Sequence record: MZ475895.1
Direction: 5' to 3' (one strand)
Length of the DNA stretch: 64,000 bases
The notes below the pieces were generated by a model, which worked only from the letters and a program-made list of their open reading frames with translations, had not been told where the DNA came from and searched no databases. Positions 27,694 to 35,568 of the stretch are shown one piece after another. Both the position numbers and the translations under genes were made by a program. The first letter of the stretch is position 1. Each line of letters opens with the position of its first letter.

Positions 27694-28128
27694 CTAATAC
27701 GAAACAAGGCGGAAGGCATTCTTCTTGAGAAGATTCAAATTGCCTAACATGAGACTGTAGGCCATTGTGCCGTGCTCTTTAATAAGCTCGTCAGGCACAA
27801 GTGAACCGAAATAAATTGAGCGGTCTGGACGTGAGTTAATCTCAACGCCACTGGACTTCATTGCATTCGGTACGATGAAGCACCAAGGCTCTGCAACGTA
27901 CTTACCTTTCACATACTGAACTCTATAGCCAACGGCAACGCGCTGGCCTTTCGGCGGGCTGTATGAAAAGACATCCGTCTGCAATTCGAGGGCTTTCGAC
28001 ACGGAGAAAAGCGCCATAGTCAGAAAGCGTTGCTCGAATTGTGGAATGAATGCGTTGTCTTCGCATATCTTTTTCAGTACAGCCTCTTGCCGTGCTCGTG
28101 GGAACGAAGCGAAGAGGCTCAGGTTCAT
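27694..28128 (-). CDS. Hypothetical protein
   Basis: 144 aa ORF with an ATGA overlap to tmk. Confidence 0.65.
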   Translation of the reverse strand: MNLSLFASFPRARQEAVLKKICEDNAFIPQFEQRFLTMALFSVSKALELQTDVFSYSPPKGQRVAVGYRVQYVKGKYVAEPWCFIVPNAMKSSGVEINSRPDRSIYFGSLVPDELIKEHGTMAYSLMLGNLNLLKKNAFRLVSY

Positions 28129-28739
28129 CCGAGACGCGCCAGAATCTGTCGAACCACCTCAGACACAGATGCCGTTTCAGTATCGATAACAAGATCGAAA
28201 CCACCTGGCACTTGCTTGTAGCGTTCGCTGTATTGCTCGAACACTTCTTTGGTCTGACGTTGTTCTATGCGGTCTTCACCACCAACGCGATGTTTACGGC
28301 GCTCTACCGAAGTCTCATAAGAAACATTCAGCAGCACAGTAAGGCGCTTCTCAGGTGCGAGCACTTCCCACGTATGACGATAGATGCGATCATTGATATC
28401 CGAATCACCCGCTTGATAAACGAAGGTGGACGGGTAACCACGGTCAGCAATAATCATCGTGTTAGGTTCGTTGGCGAGAATACGCTCGTAGGAATTCATG
28501 GTCGATGAACGCGCGGCCAAGAACAGTAGCATTTCGGTGCGACTGTCCATATCTGTTGCGAGGCCGCCTCTGTCGTTAAGCAGAATATCACGCAGATGTT
28601 CTGACAAAGGAGTACCACCAGGCTCGCGCAGTCTCAGGACCTGAGAACCACGTTGTTGCAAAATTTCGGAGATTGCTGTGCAAACGGTAGATTTGCCAGA
28701 ACCTTCGGGACCTTCTACTAAAAGATAAACAGAGTTCAT
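28125..28739 (-). CDS. tmk: Thymidylate (dTMP) kinase
   Basis: P-loop VEGPEGSGKST, LREPGGT, LLFLAAR, DRGYPSTFVYQ. Confidence 0.92.
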   Translation of the reverse strand: MNSVYLLVEGPEGSGKSTVCTAISEILQQRGSQVLRLREPGGTPLSEHLRDILLNDRGGLATDMDSRTEMLLFLAARSSTMNSYERILANEPNTMIIADRGYPSTFVYQAGDSDINDRIYRHTWEVLAPEKRLTVLLNVSYETSVERRKHRVGGEDRIEQRQTKEVFEQYSERYKQVPGGFDLVIDTETASVSEVVRQILARLG

Positions 28740-28748
28740 AGGGATTCC

Positions 28749-29240
28749 TTAGGCAAATCGCCCACCACGCCATGCGGCCTTGATGAGCAACTTAGCCACG
28801 ATTTCGTTCTTCATTGTCTTTCGCTTTGCATTGCTACGGACAAATGCAGAGCCGAACTTATTCACGACAATCAAACCAACACCGCTCACGCGTATGCGTT
28901 CAATTATTCTATCGCCGTGAGATTCAAACAGGGCTTCGTCTATGGCAAAGTACATACGCATACAAAACGGTAGATACTTGTGCCACTTCTTATCAGTATT
29001 GAAATCGGCCCAGCAACTCTTAACCTCAGTGATAATCATATCGCATTTGGTATTAAGGCAGAACACGTCTGCTCTTAGGTTGCCTTGCTTAATCAAACCC
29101 AGCTCAACATGACAGGAATAACGTTTGTCAATCCAATAACGCTGAGCTGCCTCAGTGATAAACATAGTCCTATCAGGACGACTCATTGAGGTAAAGACTG
29201 CCTGTGTTTGACGTTCAGCTTTGCGGCGCTTAAAGGCCAT
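28749..29240 (-). CDS. MmcB-like PD-(D/E)XK DNA repair nuclease
   Basis: RADVFCL...IITEVKSCWADFNTDKKWHKYLPFC..MYFA matches the MmcB family pattern. Confidence 0.8.
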   Translation of the reverse strand: MAFKRRKAERQTQAVFTSMSRPDRTMFITEAAQRYWIDKRYSCHVELGLIKQGNLRADVFCLNTKCDMIITEVKSCWADFNTDKKWHKYLPFCMRMYFAIDEALFESHGDRIIERIRVSGVGLIVVNKFGSAFVRSNAKRKTMKNEIVAKLLIKAAWRGGRFA

Positions 29241-29685
29241 ACGAGTCGATAATGTCCAGCGCCTGAGCTAAAATTGGGCGGAGTTTCTTGTCCACCTTCT
29301 TTAGAGCTTTATCAGCACTGAACCACTTACGCTCACGCATGCCTGCTTCATCGTATTCAGTCAGTTCCTGCTTGACCTTCATGATGAACCATTCAACGTT
29401 CTGGGCGCGGCCGGTCTTGCCTTTAACATACTTCATAATGTCGATGAAGTCTTTAGGCTTACCGAGAATGCCGCCTTCTTCCATGGCTTCTTTAAGCGCG
29501 GAATCCAGTGGCGTCATACCTTTCTCAACGCCACCTTTAGGGAATCCCCAATTGTTTCCGTGTGTGGTGCGAATCAACAAGATCTGCACTTCACCTTTTT
29601 TCTTTTTGTATGGGACAACGCCTGACTGCTTACGCGCTTTCTTTTCAGAAGGCAGCTTAGCAGAGAGTGACACATTCAGCATCAT
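29230..29685 (-). CDS. Nudix hydrolase (Ap4A/polyphosphate-hydrolase-like)
   Basis: WGFPKGGVEKGMTPLDSALKEAMEEGG Nudix box, with variant residues at the first E and at R. Confidence 0.85.
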   Translation of the reverse strand: MMLNVSLSAKLPSEKKARKQSGVVPYKKKKGEVQILLIRTTHGNNWGFPKGGVEKGMTPLDSALKEAMEEGGILGKPKDFIDIMKYVKGKTGRAQNVEWFIMKVKQELTEYDEAGMRERKWFSADKALKKVDKKLRPILAQALDIIDSYGL

Positions 29686-30182
29686 AGATAATCACTTCCA
29701 CGAGGCATGTTCACTTCCCAGCGTCCAGAGTTGTCTACCCACAGACCGTTATCCTGCAGGCGCTTGTACGCATCATACAGAGAGCATGAGGCGAGCACTT
29801 GCAGTTCGGTGCCGAAGTCCGACATTGAATAGCTATAGATAGATTCAGGCAAATATGACAGGCGTTGGCCTTCATAAGAGTCGTGAACAATACAACCATC
29901 AGCATCAGTTACAACGGCGTGAGATGCAACAATGGTAGGCCCCAGAACAACGATACGATAGTCTGGGTGCTTGTTGTAGTTGCGCTGAATGAACAACGCA
30001 GCTTCTGCAAACGGACGTGCGACTTGCGCAGCGCGTGTGCAGTTTTGTTCAAACGCAGATTCAGACAAAGAGCGTGCACCAGTCAGATTCATGGCCGATG
30101 CAAAAATCATTGTTGTCAGATCGTTTGGTGCGATAGCTGTGGGGAAGAACTTCGTGCCCCACGCTTGATCTAAAGAAAGCAT
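29682..30182 (-). CDS. Hypothetical protein
   Basis: 166 aa, AAGGAG RBS. Confidence 0.7.
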   Translation of the reverse strand: MLSLDQAWGTKFFPTAIAPNDLTTMIFASAMNLTGARSLSESAFEQNCTRAAQVARPFAEAALFIQRNYNKHPDYRIVVLGPTIVASHAVVTDADGCIVHDSYEGQRLSYLPESIYSYSMSDFGTELQVLASCSLYDAYKRLQDNGLWVDNSGRWEVNMPRGSDYL

Positions 30183-30212
30183 GGACCGTCTCCTTATTCG
30201 ATAGTCTAAACT

Positions 30213-30220
30213 AAATTAGC
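30213..30220 (-). promoter_or_regulatory. GCTAATTT candidate late-promoter motif
   Basis: Exact octamer in the intergenic gap, 31 nt upstream of the ATG at 30182. Confidence 0.6.
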
Positions 30221-30221
30221 G

Positions 30222-30512
30222 TTAATCAGCAGGACAGATAAGGACTTGTCTGCGATTCTGCATAAAAGACTTTGGAGCAGGGCCACCTATCACGATAGCG
30301 TATTTTAACAGGAAGCCAGGCTTCTTTGTCGCTACGTTACAGCCACCGTGTGAAAGAGCTGCCAGAGCTTGACTGCGAAAAGGACCGGTCAAGCACAGCG
30401 TATGAGCGAAGAAGGGTTTGCTCACCTTCTTCATTGTTCTGCTCATTAGAGCGCGGATAGCTTCGCATTGTTCCGCAGTAGGTTCAGCACCGCAATAAAC
30501 ATCGAAATGCAT
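30222..30512 (-). CDS. Hypothetical protein
   Basis: 96 aa, TAATG-coupled to the upstream gene. Confidence 0.6.
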   Translation of the reverse strand: MHFDVYCGAEPTAEQCEAIRALMSRTMKKVSKPFFAHTLCLTGPFRSQALAALSHGGCNVATKKPGFLLKYAIVIGGPAPKSFMQNRRQVLICPAD

Positions 30513-31213
30513 TATGCGCCCTTAATAGTCATCAGGCTCTTGTACAGGCCGAACTTCTTCGAGAAGTCAGCAAGCGCATAGCCAGCCATATCTGCGGAAT
30601 CAATCTGCTTAGTAATCAGCTTGCAGTTGGACGCGCTCAGGTTGTTTGCATTGTCTTCGTACAGGACAAGGGTATGACCATCATAGCGCTTATCGTCTGT
30701 GAAGAACACACCAAACTCTTTCCACGAGCGCGTGCCATACTCAAGGACAAACACCGACGTTTCATAGAAGCCTGTGCCCATCTCCTGACTGTTGTCATTG
30801 AGGAAGTGCTGGTCAACGTGGTCAGCAGCAACAACGTCAATCGTAATGAACTCACACACCTCAGGACAGTTGCGCAACCACGCACGCATACTGCGCTCAA
30901 AATACGCAGCCAGTGCGCAGCAGATGCAGCTACGATTGTTCGGGTCTTTATCGACACGCGGGATAGCTGTCAGCAGACGGTCCTGCACAGCCCACGAGAT
31001 GAAATCTGTGTCCAGACGTCCATCCGAGTACTCGTATTCTTCGTCGTTGATAACAAACAGATTGTGGCGCTGCATGTTGATGTTGCCTAACACATGCTTA
31101 ACGCGGTTCATCTGCCCGTAAGGGAATTGGAATAGAACCTCGGTATTGATAACACGAGGTACGCCATTTTCTAAGTAGGCAAACTCCATAGGGTGCCGTA
31201 ATACAGAACGCAT
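30512..31213 (-). CDS. Hypothetical protein
   Basis: 233 aa ORF with an RBS, co-oriented with its neighbours. Confidence 0.7.
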   Translation of the reverse strand: MRSVLRHPMEFAYLENGVPRVINTEVLFQFPYGQMNRVKHVLGNINMQRHNLFVINDEEYEYSDGRLDTDFISWAVQDRLLTAIPRVDKDPNNRSCICCALAAYFERSMRAWLRNCPEVCEFITIDVVAADHVDQHFLNDNSQEMGTGFYETSVFVLEYGTRSWKEFGVFFTDDKRYDGHTLVLYEDNANNLSASNCKLITKQIDSADMAGYALADFSKKFGLYKSLMTIKGA

Positions 31214-31223
31214 TGTCTTTCCT

Positions 31224-32012
31224 TTAGTTCAGGTGGATTATCTGGCCATTAGCTGTAATGTCTTGACCTGCTTCAATTCCGACGCGGCCTTTGACGTCCA
31301 GAGTATCATCGCCCTTTATTGTGGTCTTGCGATTACCTTCAATCACAACTGTCTGATTGCCTGTAATCTTCGTGTACTGATTACCGCCATCACCTTTCGC
31401 AACACCAGCAAACTTGATGCGCTTCTTAGGGTCAGGCTTGAGAGCTTTAGGCGTCATTGTCGGGTCATTCAAGATATAATCAGGAATGTCGTTCTTGCTG
31501 CCTGTGACGATAAGCTGTTGGTTGCCTACGATTGTCTGATTCACGTCACCCATGATCGTCATATTGAAATCACCAGACGTCACAAGGAAATGTTCGTTAG
31601 TCAGACGGTCAATAATCAACTGCGTGCCTGTAGACAGACGAACGCCCACGCGATGCGGATAGTTGATCAAGAACTCGGGCAGCTTATCGGCCTCTGTCAT
31701 GCGCACGTTGGTGCTGTATACACCTTCATGCAACTGACCAGTAGGGAATCTGACTGATACCTTAGCGCCCATCATAGGAACAAACTGTGCGCCGAACACA
31801 GTTCCAGTAGAGCCACCTTTGAGTCCTTCAAGATGACCGATGCCTGGACGAATCCACGGAATCATCTCATCAGGAATATCATCGGTAAGCCCCATGATGC
31901 GTGCGCGTATCATCTGAATCTTCTTGGGGTCTGAGCTATCAATAACAATAGCCTCGTACTCCATTTGCGGGTCAATCCCTTTCTTTGAGTTTACAGCATT
32001 TAGAGGAATCAT
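31224..32012 (-). CDS. Baseplate central spike (T4 gp5-like OB-fold plus beta-helix, no lysozyme)
   Basis: YEAIVIDSSDP..IQMIRARIMGL...IPWIRP OB-fold, and C-terminal GNQTVVIEGNRKTTIKGDDTLDVKG beta-helix repeats. Confidence 0.8.
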   Translation of the reverse strand: MIPLNAVNSKKGIDPQMEYEAIVIDSSDPKKIQMIRARIMGLTDDIPDEMIPWIRPGIGHLEGLKGGSTGTVFGAQFVPMMGAKVSVRFPTGQLHEGVYSTNVRMTEADKLPEFLINYPHRVGVRLSTGTQLIIDRLTNEHFLVTSGDFNMTIMGDVNQTIVGNQQLIVTGSKNDIPDYILNDPTMTPKALKPDPKKRIKFAGVAKGDGGNQYTKITGNQTVVIEGNRKTTIKGDDTLDVKGRVGIEAGQDITANGQIIHLN

Positions 32013-33907
32013 TGTTTTACTCGCGGTAGGTACATCTCAAGTTTCTCACCGTCTGGCGTGCCTGTTTTATTAGAGCCGTCAACAGTGCCGTCACCGAGAG
32101 AGCACAGGAAGTTACGCAGGTCTTCTTCTGCTTGTCTGATCAACTGGCTCAAGTTAGTGCTCGGACCCATCAGCTTACTAATAGAGGAAGCATCGAGACA
32201 CTTGTCAGGCAGAGAGTTGTCCAGCATCTTCTGCATATCATCAAGTTTGTTTGAGACGCAGCGCTGGTTGATCTGAGGACCATCAAGATACTCAGCAGGG
32301 ATATCACCGTTAGCGATAAGACCGTTAATGTCACCAGTCATGCCGCCGAGCATATTCTCCATGCTGTCTAAGCGACCTGCAAGTCCATCGAGTATGCCTG
32401 TCTTATAGTTGATGGACAGGTCAACGCTCATCTTCTGGAGTTTGTTGAGCGCAGCACACATACCCGTAAGCAGCTTGGCTAGGCTGAACTCCTGCATAAG
32501 ACTGTTCAGGTAGTCAGCGCCTTCGCCATACTTAGCGGCCAGCTCTGGGAACTTGAACGCTTCGCTGTCTACTTGGAACTGGTTGAGCATCACATCGAGT
32601 TTAAGGCTGTGTTGCTGTGCAATCCAATCGAGCGGGCTAGCACCATCAAGCGCCTGTTTGATGTTCGCGTTAATCTGCATAGGGCGCAGAATGTTAGCGA
32701 CTGTATCGAGTGGAGTAAGGATGATGTTCTTACCGCCACCGATATTCGACGTGCCTTCAACAGGAGTGAAGTTACGCGCCAGCAAAAATGCTTCACTGTA
32801 CATGTGACCAGAGTAAACGCGTGTGCGACCGATGATAATCCACTTGCCTGACAGCTTCTCATCGAGAATCAGTTCACGGTTAGAAGACACCATACCAGCT
32901 GTCACTTCGACAATATCAAACAGGTCAACCTCAGGACAGCCGCCCATGATTAGTGCGCGTGCAGTCTCGGTATACGTCATTGCCTGACGCTTGTTTGAAT
33001 AGAACGCCTGCATGTATTTATCGTGCAGGTTAATGTCATTCGAAGGTCTGGCGTAGGCTTTGCGTGCACCAACAATATCACCACGCGTATCACTGTTGAT
33101 ATTGAGAGGGTCACGGCCTTTAACAGTCACTGTGGACATTTCATTGACAGCGCCTTTGCTATCAGCCCACAGCAGCTTGTCACCATAGTTCGACATACCG
33201 TTGAAGATACCGCTAAGTGATTTCGGTCGGAACTCATGCACGTTATATTCAGGACTACGACCTGTTGGCGTGTGGTTGAACGTCCAGTAAGCTACAGGGT
33301 CTTTGTCGAACTGCGCATTGAGGTCACGCACTATCATGCGCTTGTCTGCGCTGATAATCATCTTAGGTGCAGCTTCTTCCGATATCCAGATGTGCTGCTC
33401 AATCTCCGACGCAAACTTCTTAGGCGAACACGCAGCAGACACCCAACTCATAATGTCTTTGGTCTGCATATCACCTGCATCAAGCGTAAGCCCACACGAC
33501 TGTGCGACTGTGCGTAGCGCTTCAAGGCTGGTGGATCGCATTGCATACGAGCGAGAGTCAAAGAGGAACTTGGGTGCATCGATAGCACACAGCACGTTCA
33601 TCATATGGAAGCCACCCTCGTCGTACTCACGCACGGCAAACACACTAAACGTCAGTGTCGTAGACCTGTCAACTGAGGGACCAGTGGTTATCGTGATCTT
33701 TGTACCATCAACGATAGCGTGGGAGCTACGCAGGATATTCGTGCGATCAGCTAATACGAGAAGACAGGCAGGAACAGCGAAGGTGTTTTCATACGTGTGA
33801 ACGTTGCGAACAAGATTCGGTGCATCCGGAGGAGCTTTACCGTCAAGCAACAGACCAAAGTAGCCCTGATTCTTGACGCCACCAGCGGAAGGATTTTCCA
33901 TCGCCAT
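32009..33907 (-). CDS. Baseplate hub protein (gp27/VgrG-N-like)
   Basis: 632 aa, immediately upstream of the spike. C-terminal part of the hub domain reads LSGKWIIIGRTRVY. Confidence 0.6.
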   Translation of the reverse strand: MAMENPSAGGVKNQGYFGLLLDGKAPPDAPNLVRNVHTYENTFAVPACLLVLADRTNILRSSHAIVDGTKITITTGPSVDRSTTLTFSVFAVREYDEGGFHMMNVLCAIDAPKFLFDSRSYAMRSTSLEALRTVAQSCGLTLDAGDMQTKDIMSWVSAACSPKKFASEIEQHIWISEEAAPKMIISADKRMIVRDLNAQFDKDPVAYWTFNHTPTGRSPEYNVHEFRPKSLSGIFNGMSNYGDKLLWADSKGAVNEMSTVTVKGRDPLNINSDTRGDIVGARKAYARPSNDINLHDKYMQAFYSNKRQAMTYTETARALIMGGCPEVDLFDIVEVTAGMVSSNRELILDEKLSGKWIIIGRTRVYSGHMYSEAFLLARNFTPVEGTSNIGGGKNIILTPLDTVANILRPMQINANIKQALDGASPLDWIAQQHSLKLDVMLNQFQVDSEAFKFPELAAKYGEGADYLNSLMQEFSLAKLLTGMCAALNKLQKMSVDLSINYKTGILDGLAGRLDSMENMLGGMTGDINGLIANGDIPAEYLDGPQINQRCVSNKLDDMQKMLDNSLPDKCLDASSISKLMGPSTNLSQLIRQAEEDLRNFLCSLGDGTVDGSNKTGTPDGEKLEMYLPRVKQ

Positions 33908-33910
33908 ATT

Positions 33911-34123
33911 TTACTCCAGAATGCGAAAAGGCCCGCTAACAAAGCGGATAGCTATGTTACTCAGGCCATGTTGTTTCAACAGTTTTGCACAGCAGTTGCA
34001 GCAAAGTCTTTTGTCAGTTGGATTGATTACGGACGAGGCGTATTCGCTTATCACGTAATTGTCGTACGGTTCATCGCAGAACTGACACAGCTCCTGCTTT
34101 TCGAGTGATACTCGGATGCGCAT
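33911..34123 (-). CDS. Small zinc-finger protein
   Basis: 70 aa with CQFC and CCNC motifs. Confidence 0.6.
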   Translation of the reverse strand: MRIRVSLEKQELCQFCDEPYDNYVISEYASSVINPTDKRLCCNCCAKLLKQHGLSNIAIRFVSGPFRILE

Positions 34124-34125
34124 GG

Positions 34126-34548
34126 TTAGCCCTCGGCGTCAAGCTCCAGCGCAATGGCTTTCAGTTTCGCAGCAAGCAACTTAATCTCAGAAGACTTGGC
34201 TTGCATGTTAAAGCCACCACGCCCTGGTTTTATTTCGGAGTCTTTCTTCGTGTTGTACCACTTGCGCACTTCTACGACACGGTTACCGGCATCATCGTTA
34301 GCGAGATCAACAGACAGGAAGGTGTTAGGGCCGATAGCGATGCGAAACAGCTCTGGCGCAGAAGTCTCTTTGCGAGTCTTCTTTGCTTTCTCTTTCACAG
34401 GCTCAGACTTTTTAGACTTCTTAGCAGGCTTCGCTAACTCTCCCTTAGCAGGCTTCTCTGCCTCACGTTCAACAGGCTTAACCTTGCTCAGGGTCTTCTT
34501 GATCTTCTTCGCTTTCGCGCCAACGATTTTGCCGTTAACCATTGCCAT
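34126..34548 (-). CDS. PC4/p15-like ssDNA-binding protein with Lys-rich N-terminus
   Basis: FLSVDLA...VVEVRKWY...IKPGRGGFNM matches the PC4 fold pattern (V.IR.WY...PGKKGI.L). Confidence 0.7.
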   Translation of the reverse strand: MAMVNGKIVGAKAKKIKKTLSKVKPVEREAEKPAKGELAKPAKKSKKSEPVKEKAKKTRKETSAPELFRIAIGPNTFLSVDLANDDAGNRVVEVRKWYNTKKDSEIKPGRGGFNMQAKSSEIKLLAAKLKAIALELDAEG

Positions 34549-34838
34549 TAGATTTGCGTCCTCTTAACTTGCTTTATTGCAGCACTAGGACGAGGCTGGG
34601 GAATAGCAACGAGTGCGCCTGCCAGCATCTCGGATGAGTGAACCCATCCGTTAGCTATCAGAATATTCCGCCAGTATGCGTTAGTGCTGAGTTCTTTGTA
34701 CGACAGCAACTGAGGATTTCCCTCCATAGATGCGTCGATACGTTTGGTCGTGAACAACGATCTGTCCACGTCATCGAATACAGAAACAGACAGCGGGTCA
34801 ATTCCCCACTTGTCTATGTTAGCGATAGTTTCAGCCAT
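34548..34838 (-). CDS. Baseplate wedge LysM-like protein (T4 gp53 / P2 gpX-like)
   Basis: GNPQLLSYKEL...YWRNILIANG...AGALVAIP. Confidence 0.7.
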   Translation of the reverse strand: MAETIANIDKWGIDPLSVSVFDDVDRSLFTTKRIDASMEGNPQLLSYKELSTNAYWRNILIANGWVHSSEMLAGALVAIPQPRPSAAIKQVKRTQI

Positions 34839-35557
34839 TTTTTCAGATCCTCACGAGTCACGGCAAAGTAACTGCTTACCTGCAGGACGAAGTCAACGGA
34901 GATTGGATTTCCTGTACCATCTTCCCACACGTTGTCGAAGTTAGCACTGACGCTATCAACAACGCAAGGTGTCATAGAGAAGAAATTACCAATATCAACT
35001 GAAAACGCCTCGTCATCAGAAAACTCTATGTTCTGTCCCGCTTGAGCAGCAGCCGCATTAGCGATTGCTTTAGCAGGGCTTGGGCCTGGCGCAACAAGTA
35101 TACCGCCTACCTCAGACGGAGCACACAGGCTCAACAGATTATAGGTTGTCTCGACGACTTCACTGCGCGTGTCATCGTAAGCATCAACGAAGATAGGGAG
35201 GTCAAGCGTAAAGTAACTTGGTCCTCCCCACATCTTGAAGCTGGCCAACTTGTGAATGGAGCTGGCACCACCGAGCTTTAACGCAGAGTCAGCAGTGCCT
35301 GCGAGTCTACCCAACATACCGCCAGACCTATCAGAGATCCCCTGACCGATTGAAGTGTCCCCGAAAGGAGCACTCCAACCGCTTGACAGAGAGAACGTAA
35401 AGTCGGGTGGCACGAATCCGGTAAACTTGATGGTACCGCTTTTGTTGTAGATCTGAACACGGTACATGTTATCGACGCTTATCACGTCACCACGTTGTCG
35501 TGCAGTACCCACAGCAGTGGCGGTATTACCATCAGCAGGAATCAGATAGTTAGCCAC
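34814..35557 (-). CDS. Tail tube initiator / baseplate-tube junction (gp48/gp54-like)
   Basis: 247 aa, between the tape measure and the LysM-like gene. FSMTPCVVDSVSANFD...PISVDFVLQV tube-fold motif. Confidence 0.6.
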   Translation of the reverse strand: MANYLIPADGNTATAVGTARQRGDVISVDNMYRVQIYNKSGTIKFTGFVPPDFTFSLSSGWSAPFGDTSIGQGISDRSGGMLGRLAGTADSALKLGGASSIHKLASFKMWGGPSYFTLDLPIFVDAYDDTRSEVVETTYNLLSLCAPSEVGGILVAPGPSPAKAIANAAAAQAGQNIEFSDDEAFSVDIGNFFSMTPCVVDSVSANFDNVWEDGTGNPISVDFVLQVSSYFAVTREDLKKWLKLSLT

Positions 35558-35568
35558 AGATAGTCCTC

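Noticed and set aside
30222-30512. Possible degenerate BRCT-like fold in the 96-aa ORF
   Set aside because: Only a vague resemblance (LTGPF...GG.V...YAIVIGG). Not supportable without a profile search.
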